DNA from: Planctomycetota bacterium
GTDB lineage: Bacteria > Planctomycetota > UBA8108 > SXIK01
Length of the DNA stretch: 64,000 nucleotides
Assembly (NCBI GenBank): GCA_965223845.1
Contig: CBDCXR010000004.1
Span: forward strand, 5,984,001 to 6,048,000
Direction of reading: 5' to 3'
The translations under genes and the position numbers were made by a program. This document shows positions 45,976 through 54,533 of the stretch, piece by piece (position 1 is the stretch's first letter; every line of letters starts with the position of its first letter). A model generated the notes under the pieces. That model did no database searches, was not told where the DNA came from, and saw nothing but the letters and a program-made list of their open reading frames with translations.

Positions 45976-48900
45976 TCAGCGACACCCGAGTGCGTCCGCC
46001 GTTGGATCGAGTCCGGGCGAGAACGCGCCGGGGAGCGCCGGCGGTGTCCCGCGTGAGAACAGGAACTCGAGGAGCCGAATCGCATCCGTGACGTCGACCG
46101 CACCGCTGTCGTCGACGTCCGCCGCGTCGAGGCAGCGGATATGCGCGGGTCCGGCGAAGAGGTAGATGAGCGTGAGCAGGGCGTCGGAGATGTCCGTCAC
46201 GCCGTCCGAGTTGACGTCGCTCCGACGAAACGTCGGCGCGTTCTTGAAGGTGAGCTTGGAGGCATCGACCTCGCGGAGAAAGCGGAGTGACGGTCCGGAC
46301 CCGAAGTCGATTACGCCGCAAAGATCGCCCTTCCGAACGACGAGCTCGTGCTCGGGATCGTCGTCGACATCGACGACGTGGAATCGATCTTCACGCGCGA
46401 AGGTCCATTCGCTTACGCGCCGGTCGACCGTGAGCACGGGCGAGAATTCCGAGGCTCCGTCAACCGCCGGGCCACCGTCGAACGCGACGAGAGAGAAGCC
46501 GTTCGGGTCGTGAAAGAGAAGGAGGTCACCGTGGTCCGGGAGGAAACGTCCGACGTGGATGCGTTGTCCCCGTTCGAGCGTCCAGCGGTGGTCGAGAGGA
46601 CCGACCAACTCGCGGAGACTCCGCCCGATCGGCGCGAGCCGGCGCTCGTCGTCCCGCCACATGAGAGCGAGCAGCGCCGAGTCGGACGCGAGGACGACTA
46701 GCTCGCGACTCGGACCACCGAACGTGCCGTGAACGACCCGCTGCGGCTCGAGCAGCGACCACGGGCGTCCCGCGGGATCCCCCACGCTCTCTTCCGCCTG
46801 CCACGCGAGCACCGGGCCGCGCTCCTCCCATTCGACGACCCCGATGCGCCCAGCACCGGTAAGGAGAAGCTCGTCTTCCTCGTCGCCATCGAGATCGATC
46901 GCTTCGACGCAGTCGTCGATGCGAAACCGCCAGCTCGGACCGCCGTCGATACCGGGGATCTCTCCACCGACGGTGACTGGTACCAGTGCCGGGCTCGAGC
47001 TCGGCCCCCGAAGCTCGATGAGCGTCGAGCCACTGCGCAGGAAGCCGGTCCGCGCGCCGGTCCTGAGATCCCGACCCGGGACGAGCACGAAGCGCTCTCC
47101 GGGTCGCATCTCCTCGTCGACGCCGCGAATCGGCGAGGACCAGCCGAGGAACAGATCGGTTCGCGCGTCGGATTCGCCCGGCGAGACGAGCGAGATCCAC
47201 TGGCCGTTCGTCAACGCGAGGCGGCTCGAGCCCCCCGGGTCGAGCCGGAGCGAAAGAAGCTGGTCGGACGCGCGCAGAGGCCACCAGTCGAGCGGAGCGT
47301 TCGGCGGCTCCCCGCCGCCCTCGCCCTCGCCCTCACCCTCGCCTTCCCCTCCCTCGAGCGGCGCTTCGGGCCCGAGTCCGTCCCGCTCGGCGGTCAGTCC
47401 TCCGCGTGCGACCCAGCGCACCGCGAGGCGATCGTCGCTGTACTCGAGTACCGCCATTTCAGCGTGCCGACGAACGACGAGCGACTCTCTTCCCCGCGCG
47501 ACGATCTCGTCGACGAGACGATCGTCTCCCGCATTGAGATCCCAATCGTCCACCGTTCCCCGCTCGACGGCGCTCGGATCGAGATCGAGCGTTCCGTCTC
47601 CGCGGCTCGCGGCGAGAACGATCGCGTCGCCGCGAGCGAAGAGAAAGTCGTCGCGCCCGGTGCCGCGAAAGTCTCCGTGCGACCACACGACCTCGCGCTC
47701 CGCCGTGCACGCGATGCCGCACCCGCGAAACGCGTTCGCGCCGATGCCATCGAAGCCGTAGCGAACGAGCCAGCCCCAGTCGTCGTGGTCAGACGTCGGT
47801 TCCTCATCGATCGTGCCGTTCCCATTGAGATCGAATCGCTGTGGCTCGCCGTTCAGCTCGCCGTCGCCGTTCCAATCGAGATTGCTGCTCCAGGGTGAGT
47901 CGTCGATGTGATCGACGAGTAGATTCGCGCGGACGTGCGCGTTCGTTTCCGCACCCATCCCGATGTGCTCGAAGAGCTCGAACTCGCGCAGCGTCGAAAA
48001 CCGTCCGTCGGACAATCCGAGTCGCCTCTCGCCGTCGACTAGGTCGACGCCCCAGAACACGTAGCGGTTGTTCATCACGCTCACGTAGTTCGCCCGGTGG
48101 TCCGTGTTGTCGCGCCGGCCGCCGGGAAGCGTCCCGCCGTGCCCGAGCCCGAACGCGTGGCCGAGCTCGTGGAGAAGCATCGCACTGTAGTGGAACCGGA
48201 CGAAGGCCGGGTCGAGTCGCGGCACCGGACGGCGATACACCACCGCGGCGTGGACGCCGATGCTATCGAGCCCCGCGGCGTGAGCCTCCTCGTCGGAGAA
48301 GGAGTCGACGAACGCGGGGAGCGAGGCCGATTCCCCGCCGCCGCGTCCGAGGTTGTCGCTCTGCTCGGCGATGAGAACGTAGTAGAAGAGATTCCGGCGC
48401 GACGGACGAAAGAAGCGGGGGTCGTTGTAGACCGTGTAGAGCGACGTTTCCGTGCCGAGGCCGCACTGCGGTCGACCCGGGAACGACTCGCGGTAAGCGA
48501 TCACTTTTTCGGGATCCGGCTCGACCGCGAACGCCGACGAGTCGAAGTCCGCGGCGATCGACTCCGGGGGGATGTTCGCCGTGATGTCGACGCCGAGGTC
48601 GAAGTGGATGCGGATCTCTTCGTGCGGCCGAAGCGAACTTCCCGCCCTGGCGTGATCCTCGATGCGCCGGCGGAAGACGCGCGCGACATCGACCGCCGCT
48701 TCGTACGCGATCCTCGCGCCCGTCTCGGAGTCGCCGTCGGCGGTCTCCATCCAGTCGATCTCGACGAAGACATCCTTCCGCAGCGGATCGGCACCGTAGA
48801 GATGGAGCGGCTCGAGGAAGTGTCCGTTCCAGTAACCGTCGACTTCCCAGCCGTCGAGGAGGCCGTCGCCATCGGTGTCGGCGCGCGAGGGAGACGTGCC

Positions 48901-49065
48901 GTAGTCGTGCTCGCGCTCGTCGGGGATTCCGTCGCGATCGGTGTCCTTGAGCGCTTCCGCACCGCCCTGGGCGGAGAGCCCCCCACCGGCGAAAACGATG
49001 ATCGCCGCCCCGAGCCACTGCGCGGCCGGCGAAGGAGACAATCGACAACGAAGAAGAGCGGGCAT
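45976..49065 (-). CDS. Secreted metzincin-like zinc protease with Ca-binding DxDxDG repeats, FG-GAP-like propeller and C-terminal dockerin-like domain
   Basis: DTDRDGIPD/DTDGDGLLDGWE, KDVFVEIDWM, HELGHAFGLGH followed by Met-turn SVMN, C-terminal FRRSDVNSDG...CLDAADVDDSG. Confidence 0.8.
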   Translation of the reverse strand: MPALLRCRLSPSPAAQWLGAAIIVFAGGGLSAQGGAEALKDTDRDGIPDEREHDYGTSPSRADTDGDGLLDGWEVDGYWNGHFLEPLHLYGADPLRKDVFVEIDWMETADGDSETGARIAYEAAVDVARVFRRRIEDHARAGSSLRPHEEIRIHFDLGVDITANIPPESIAADFDSSAFAVEPDPEKVIAYRESFPGRPQCGLGTETSLYTVYNDPRFFRPSRRNLFYYVLIAEQSDNLGRGGGESASLPAFVDSFSDEEAHAAGLDSIGVHAAVVYRRPVPRLDPAFVRFHYSAMLLHELGHAFGLGHGGTLPGGRRDNTDHRANYVSVMNNRYVFWGVDLVDGERRLGLSDGRFSTLREFELFEHIGMGAETNAHVRANLLVDHIDDSPWSSNLDWNGDGELNGEPQRFDLNGNGTIDEEPTSDHDDWGWLVRYGFDGIGANAFRGCGIACTAEREVVWSHGDFRGTGRDDFLFARGDAIVLAASRGDGTLDLDPSAVERGTVDDWDLNAGDDRLVDEIVARGRESLVVRRHAEMAVLEYSDDRLAVRWVARGGLTAERDGLGPEAPLEGGEGEGEGEGEGGGEPPNAPLDWWPLRASDQLLSLRLDPGGSSRLALTNGQWISLVSPGESDARTDLFLGWSSPIRGVDEEMRPGERFVLVPGRDLRTGARTGFLRSGSTLIELRGPSSSPALVPVTVGGEIPGIDGGPSWRFRIDDCVEAIDLDGDEEDELLLTGAGRIGVVEWEERGPVLAWQAEESVGDPAGRPWSLLEPQRVVHGTFGGPSRELVVLASDSALLALMWRDDERRLAPIGRSLRELVGPLDHRWTLERGQRIHVGRFLPDHGDLLLFHDPNGFSLVAFDGGPAVDGASEFSPVLTVDRRVSEWTFAREDRFHVVDVDDDPEHELVVRKGDLCGVIDFGSGPSLRFLREVDASKLTFKNAPTFRRSDVNSDGVTDISDALLTLIYLFAGPAHIRCLDAADVDDSGAVDVTDAIRLLEFLFSRGTPPALPGAFSPGLDPTADALGCR

Positions 49066-49334
49066 AGAGACACCCGAGTCCGCTCGTTCGCGCGGAGCCG
49101 CGTGAACGAGACGAAATGCCTGGCTCGAGAAACACGTGACATCCAGCGCTCAAACCGCTTCGCGCAGGCGCGCTCTCGACCGGGGAGAGCCGAGGTGCTT
49201 CTGCCGAAGGCCTCGTCGTCGCGCTGGAGTAAACTCTGTCGCTCCGGAGCGCGGCCTTGGCCGCGTCCGCGGGCCGGGTCACCGCCCATCTCCTCCCGAC
49301 CTCGAACCGACAGAATCTCGATGGTACATCTCGC

Positions 49335-50027
49335 GTGAAACCCTTACAAGTCCACGAGGAGCTCCCCGGGCTCGTCCTCGCCTCCGCTTCGCCCCGTCGG
49401 CGCGAGCTTCTCGCGCGGCTCGATGTCTCCTTCGCTGTCGAGTCGTCCGCCATCGACGAGTCCGCGTTCGCGCAGGACTCGCCGCAGGCCTTGGTCGTTC
49501 GACTCGCCGAAGCGAAAGCACGCGCCGTCTTCGACCGGTTCTCGAGACGTAGCGGTCTCGCGCCCGCCGTGTTCGGCGCCGATACGATCGTCGCTCAGCT
49601 GGACGGCGAGCTCCTCGGAAAGCCCCGCGACGACGACGACGCGCGGCGCATGCTCACCGCGCTGAGCGGGCGCTCGCATCGCGTTCTCACCGGCATCGCA
49701 CTCGTCTCGCCCGGCGGCGCCGCGGACCCGACGGTCGTTTGCGACGTCGAAGTGACGACCGTCGAGTTCCGCCGGCTGTCGCGCGAGGAGATCGATGGCT
49801 ACGTCCGCTCGGGCGAACCGCTCGATAAGGCGGGCGCCTACGGGATCCAGGGCCGCGGCGGCGAGTTCGTGGCGAGTCTCGACGGGTGCTACTACAACGT
49901 GATCGGCCTCCCGCTCGAGAGGACGCGAGGTCTCCTCTCGCCCTGGATCGGACCGCAGGCGACAGGATGCGACTGCGGATCGCATCCGCTCCAGCGCGGA
50001 TTACCAGAATGTGAACGCGGCGCGTAG
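49335..50027 (+). CDS. maf: Maf nucleotide pyrophosphatase (YhdE-type)
   Basis: LVLASASPRRRELL, GADTIV, GKPRD, LSGRSHRVLTG, DKAGAYGIQG, NVIGLPL; GTG start at 49335 assumed. Confidence 0.92.
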   Translation: MKPLQVHEELPGLVLASASPRRRELLARLDVSFAVESSAIDESAFAQDSPQALVVRLAEAKARAVFDRFSRRSGLAPAVFGADTIVAQLDGELLGKPRDDDDARRMLTALSGRSHRVLTGIALVSPGGAADPTVVCDVEVTTVEFRRLSREEIDGYVRSGEPLDKAGAYGIQGRGGEFVASLDGCYYNVIGLPLERTRGLLSPWIGPQATGCDCGSHPLQRGLPECERGA

Positions 50028-50305
50028 GCGGCGTGATGGCGCCGGCGTTCAAACGCCCGCCTTGTCGGGAGTCCTCTCCCTGCGAACTGCGCTCTCGGTC
50101 GACGCGCCGACTCGGAAGCGGCGACCGCATCTCCCGGGTGAAGGTTCTCTTGCAATCCCCGAACGAGTCCGCCTAATAGGGGGCGCCTTCTGAGGCGCCG
50201 CGCGTAGGCGTGATCGCAAACGCCTCGTGGTGACTCACCCGGCGCATCGGGCCGCGACACCGCCCGGTCGCGAGTGGGACGCGCACTCACTCTCGGACAG
50301 AACTC

Positions 50306-50959
50306 ATGGTGCCCGTCACGGCCGACCGCTCCAGCCCCTCCCGTCCGCTCCGCGCCGGACCGCTTCCGTTCGCGGTGGCCGGCGCTCTCCTCGCCGCTCT
50401 TTGGGTCGTCTTCTCGGGCAAGTTCGACCCGCTCCACCTCGCCTACGGAGTGCTCTCGGTCGCCGTCGTTCTCTGGCTCAACCGCCACCTCGTTCGAGCA
50501 CCGTGCTCCGAAGGACGAACGAAACTGCTCACGCGCGTCCATTGGCCGCGGGCGATCGTATTTCCGCTCTGGCTACTCAAAGAGATCGCGCTCGCGAACG
50601 TTCAGGTTGCGCGCACGATCGTGCGGCCGAACCTCGACCTCGATCCGGTGATCCTCCGCTTTCGTTATCCGGTCGATTGTCGCGTGACGAAGGCCGTGCT
50701 CGGGAATTCGATCACGCTCACGCCGGGGACGTTCACCGTTCGTGTGCGTGGCGACTGGTTCGTCGTTCACGCGCTGGATCTGAGGCTCGCGGGGTCGATT
50801 CTCGACGGCACTATGCCCCGCCGGGTCGCCGCGATGTTCGGAATTGCCATCGAGAAGCCGGACGTCGAGATTCGTCGCTCGTTCGCGCCGGAGGACGGAG
50901 ACATTCGACCGGGCGATGAATTCGTCGCCAGCGACTTCGGTCGCGGGGGGTCGCGATGA
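50306..50959 (+). CDS. mrpE: Mrp/Mnh antiporter subunit E
   Basis: EIALANVQVA, NSITLTPGTFTV, VVHALD. Confidence 0.9.
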   Translation: MVPVTADRSSPSRPLRAGPLPFAVAGALLAALWVVFSGKFDPLHLAYGVLSVAVVLWLNRHLVRAPCSEGRTKLLTRVHWPRAIVFPLWLLKEIALANVQVARTIVRPNLDLDPVILRFRYPVDCRVTKAVLGNSITLTPGTFTVRVRGDWFVVHALDLRLAGSILDGTMPRRVAAMFGIAIEKPDVEIRRSFAPEDGDIRPGDEFVASDFGRGGSR

Positions 50960-51225
50960 CGGTGCTCGACGTCGTGACGTTTGCCGTAGCGGTTGCGCTT
51001 CTCCTTCCGTTCTACCGAGTGCTTCGAGGACCGACGGTCTACGACCGGATGCTCGGCGTCGGCGTCATCGGAACGAAGACGGTGATCCTCATCTGCTTCG
51101 TAGGTTTCCTCTACGAGCGAATCGAACTCTTTGTCGACATCGCACTCGCCTACGCGCTCCTCAATTACGCCGGGGCGGTCGTCGTCGCCAAGTATCTCGA
51201 TCGAACGGGAGGTGCGGCGCGGTGA
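50956..51225 (+). CDS. mrpF: Mrp/Mnh antiporter subunit F
   Basis: RVLRGPTVYDRML, DIALAYALLN; ATGA overlap with mrpE. Confidence 0.9.
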   Translation: MTVLDVVTFAVAVALLLPFYRVLRGPTVYDRMLGVGVIGTKTVILICFVGFLYERIELFVDIALAYALLNYAGAVVVAKYLDRTGGAAR

Positions 51226-51584
51226 TCACGGCGTGGGTGAGCGACGCGTTTCTCATCGCGGGAACGATGTTTCTTCTCCTCGGAAGCATCGGACTCATCC
51301 GTCTGCCGGATTTCTACACTCGCGCTCACGCGGCGACGAAGCCCGACACGCTCGGTCTCATTCTCGTCTTGCTCGGTCTCGCCGTTCGGCAGGGCGCGGA
51401 TCTCAACAGCGCGAAGTTGATCCTCGTCACGTTCATCGTTGCGATCGCGAACCCGGCCGCGGCGCACGCACTCGGCCGCTCGGCCCTGCGTGCGCGACTC
51501 GAGCCAGGGATCTCCGACGAGCGAGCGGAACAGGTAGACGCCGGCGACGCCGAGGCCGAGCGGAGCGAGAGGGAACCATCTTGA
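51222..51584 (+). CDS. mrpG: Mrp/Mnh antiporter subunit G
   Basis: GLIRLPDFYTRAHAATKPDTLG, NPAAAHALGR; GTGA overlap; C-terminal part of track ORF 50844..51584. Confidence 0.88.
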   Translation: MITAWVSDAFLIAGTMFLLLGSIGLIRLPDFYTRAHAATKPDTLGLILVLLGLAVRQGADLNSAKLILVTFIVAIANPAAAHALGRSALRARLEPGISDERAEQVDAGDAEAERSEREPS

Positions 51585-51823
51585 CCGCGCTCATTCCGAT
51601 GTTTTTCGTCATCGCGATCGTCGCCGCCCTCGTCGCGCTCGAGGTGAAGGACCTCATCGCGGCGTCGTCGCTCCTGGCCGTGTCCAGCTTTACCGTCGCG
51701 CTCCTCTACGTGTCGCTCGGCGCGGTCGACGTCGGATTCAACGAGGCGGTTCTCGGCGCGGGTGTGACGGGCCTACTCTTCTTGACGGCAGTGTTTCACA
51801 CGCGCCGACGGTCGGCGGACTGA
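51581..51823 (+). CDS. DUF4040/MbhD-like small antiporter subunit (split MrpA/B part)
   Basis: KDLIAAS...LGAVDVGFNEAVLGAGVT; TTG start overlapping the mrpG stop. Confidence 0.8.
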   Translation: MTALIPMFFVIAIVAALVALEVKDLIAASSLLAVSSFTVALLYVSLGAVDVGFNEAVLGAGVTGLLFLTAVFHTRRRSAD

Positions 51824-51832
51824 GAGGCTAGG

Positions 51833-52150
51833 TTGAGACTTCTCGTCAAAGTACTGGTGATCGCGGTGGGAGTTCTTCTCGCCTACGCCGGAACCGGCCT
51901 CGCTCGCTTTGGTGACCCGGCCGCCCCGGCGGCCGTCCACGTCTCCGACCAATACCTCGAGGACGCCTACCGCGACGCGCACACGCCGAACATCGTCACC
52001 GTCATGATCGCGGACTACCGTTCGTTCGACACATTCGGCGAGACCGTCGTTGTCTTCGTGGCGGGAATGGCCTGCCTTCTCATACTGCGCGGCGAGCCGC
52101 CCCGGCGTCGTTTTCGCGGGCCGAGGCATCGGTTCGGGAGGGACGATTAG
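51833..52150 (+). CDS. MbhE-like small antiporter subunit (split MrpA/B part)
   Basis: TPNIVTVMIADYRSFDTFGETVV motif. Confidence 0.82.
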   Translation: MRLLVKVLVIAVGVLLAYAGTGLARFGDPAAPAAVHVSDQYLEDAYRDAHTPNIVTVMIADYRSFDTFGETVVVFVAGMACLLILRGEPPRRRFRGPRHRFGRDD

Positions 52151-52648
52151 ATGCTCGAGCTCAAGGGAAGCGTCATCGTCGACATCTCGACGCGCGTTCT
52201 CGTTCCGGTGATTCAGCTCTTTGCTCTCTACGTCATCTTTCACGGGCACTACAGTCCGGGCGGCGGTTTTCAGGGCGGCGCCCTCCTCGCGGCGAGCGTT
52301 CTCGTACAGCGCATCGTGTTCGGACGCGTCGCGAGCGCGGCGGGATTCGCGCCGTGGTGCGCGCTTCCCTGCGGCATCGTCGGGATCGCGATCTACTTCG
52401 GGACCGGACTCGCCGGCCTTCCCGACGGCCGCTTCCTCCAGTACGACTCGCTCCCCTTCGGCCTCGACGCAGTTTGGCTGCGGAACACCGGAATCCTCCT
52501 CGTCGAGATCGGCGTCGCATTCGCGGTGATGGGGATCCTCGTCTCGATCTTCGACAGTCTCGCCGAAGGAGAAGACTCGGTCGACGACGGCGAAGACGAA
52601 GAGAACGTCGGCGCGACCTCGATTCCCGGGGAAGGAGCGCCGACGTGA
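52151..52648 (+). CDS. mrpB: Mrp/Mnh antiporter subunit B
   Basis: HGHYSPGGGFQGG, EIGVAFAV. Confidence 0.88.
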   Translation: MLELKGSVIVDISTRVLVPVIQLFALYVIFHGHYSPGGGFQGGALLAASVLVQRIVFGRVASAAGFAPWCALPCGIVGIAIYFGTGLAGLPDGRFLQYDSLPFGLDAVWLRNTGILLVEIGVAFAVMGILVSIFDSLAEGEDSVDDGEDEENVGATSIPGEGAPT

Positions 52649-53034
52649 TCGCGGCCGCGTTCGACGAGTTCATGGCGACGCACTGGGCGTACCTCCTCAC
52701 GGTCGTCCTCCTCGTGATCGGCCTCTACGGCATGCTGCTCAAGCGCAACATGGTGAAGAAGCTGATCGGAATGAACGTCTTTCAGGGCGCGATCATCCTT
52801 CTCTACGTCGTCTTCGCCTACAAGGACGGGGCGACGGTTCCCGTGCATCACGAAGACTTCCCGGGTGAGGCGACCCGGTACATGAATCCGATTCCGCACG
52901 GGCTCATGCTGACCGCCATCGTCGTCTCCGTCGCCACTACGGGAGTGGCGCTCGCGCTCCTCATCGTGATCTACCGCCGGTACGGGACGCTCGAAGAGGG
53001 CGAGCTCCTCGAGAGGCTTCGCGACGATGGCTGA
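52645..53034 (+). CDS. mrpC: Mrp/Mnh antiporter subunit C
   Basis: NMVKKLIG, NPIPHGLMLTAIVVSVAT, YRRYGTLE; GTGA overlap. Confidence 0.88.
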   Translation: MIAAAFDEFMATHWAYLLTVVLLVIGLYGMLLKRNMVKKLIGMNVFQGAIILLYVVFAYKDGATVPVHHEDFPGEATRYMNPIPHGLMLTAIVVSVATTGVALALLIVIYRRYGTLEEGELLERLRDDG

Positions 53035-54511
53035 GCAGCTCCCGTTTCTCGTGATCTTGCCGCTCCTCCTCGGCCTTCTCGTGGTCCCCGCGGTCGGACT
53101 CGTGCGGAGCTCGCTCGCGCATCCGCTCGCTTGCCTCGCCGTGCTCGCCTACGCCGCGCTCGCCTTCGCGCAGCTGAGCGAAGTCCTTCGCTCCGGCGTG
53201 ATCCGCTATTCCTTCGGCGGTTGGCCCCCGCCTCAGGGAATCGAGTTTCGCGTCGACGCGCTCAGTGCGTTCGTCGTCGCGGTGGTCTCGGCGATCGCGC
53301 TCATCGTCGTCGTCTATTCTCGATTGCCGGTGCGGCGCGAGCTCCCCGAGAAGGAGATGCCGTTCTACGGCGTCCTCTTGATTCTTCTTCTCGGCCTCAC
53401 CGGCATCGTGCTCACGGGTGATCTCTTCAATCTCTACGTTTTTTTCGAGGTGAGTTCGCTCTCCGGCTACGCCCTGATGGCGATCGGGTCGCGGAAGGCG
53501 GTCGTGTCGGCCTATCGCTATCTCATCATGGGAACGATGGGTGCGTCGTTCTATCTCCTCGGCGTCGGGTACCTCTACTTCCTTACCGGCAGCCTCAACA
53601 TGGTCGACGTCGCCGCGCGCGTCGGTGAGCTCGGTGCGAACCCGGCCTTCGTCCTCTCGCTCGTGCTCATGACCGCCGGCGTCGGCCTCAAGATGGCGCT
53701 CTTTCCGATGCATCTTTGGCTGCCCGATGCGTACACCTACGCGAGCAGCGCGGCGACCGCGATCATCGCGCCGGTGATGACGAAGGTGTCGGCGTACGTC
53801 CTCATCCGGATGCTGTTCTTCGTGTACGGAGCGAACCTCGTTAGCTCGTCGCTCCCGATCGCCGATGCCATCACCTGGCTCGGCCTCGCCGGCATCGTCG
53901 TCGGCTCCGTCTTCGCGATCGCGCAAAAGGACGCGAAGCGCATGCTCGCCCACAGCTCGGTCGCGCAGGTCGGGTTCATCGCGGTCGGAATCGGGATTGG
54001 TACTCCCCTCGCCCTCGTGGCAGCTCTCCTCCACGTCCTCAACCATGCCGCGATGAAGTGCTGCCTCTTCCTCGTGACCGGCAATATCGCGCGCGAGATC
54101 GGCAGCACGCGCATCGACCGGATTTCGGGGATGGGGGCGAACATGCCCTGGACGTTTTTCGGCTTCACCGTAGGTGCGCTCGCGATGATCGGAATTCCGC
54201 CGACGAACGGCTTCTTCAGCAAGTGGTATCTCGTTCTCGGCGGAATCCGCGAGGAGCGCTGGACGGTCGTCGCGATCGTGATCGCGAGCGGCCTGCTGAC
54301 GAGCGTCTACTTCTTTCGCCTCCTCGTGAAGATCTACACCGGCACTCCGCACGCCGCCCGACCGCGGGAAGTCCGTGAGGCGCCGGTATCGATGTGCGCT
54401 CCGGTAGTGGCGCTCGCGGCGGGACTCGTCGCGCTCGGCCTCGCGAACGCCTGGTTCGTGGGAGACGTGCTCCAGGCCACGCTGCCGCCCGGGATGGAGC
54501 TACCGAAATGA
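53027..54511 (+). CDS. mrpD: MrpD-family proton-conducting membrane subunit (copy 1)
   Basis: TGDLFNLYVFFEV, KMALFPMHLWLPDAY, KRMLAHSS, GIPPTNGFFSKW. Confidence 0.9.
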   Translation: MAEQLPFLVILPLLLGLLVVPAVGLVRSSLAHPLACLAVLAYAALAFAQLSEVLRSGVIRYSFGGWPPPQGIEFRVDALSAFVVAVVSAIALIVVVYSRLPVRRELPEKEMPFYGVLLILLLGLTGIVLTGDLFNLYVFFEVSSLSGYALMAIGSRKAVVSAYRYLIMGTMGASFYLLGVGYLYFLTGSLNMVDVAARVGELGANPAFVLSLVLMTAGVGLKMALFPMHLWLPDAYTYASSAATAIIAPVMTKVSAYVLIRMLFFVYGANLVSSSLPIADAITWLGLAGIVVGSVFAIAQKDAKRMLAHSSVAQVGFIAVGIGIGTPLALVAALLHVLNHAAMKCCLFLVTGNIAREIGSTRIDRISGMGANMPWTFFGFTVGALAMIGIPPTNGFFSKWYLVLGGIREERWTVVAIVIASGLLTSVYFFRLLVKIYTGTPHAARPREVREAPVSMCAPVVALAAGLVALGLANAWFVGDVLQATLPPGMELPK

Positions 54512-54533
54512 CCTCGACGGAGAGAGCGGCCTC

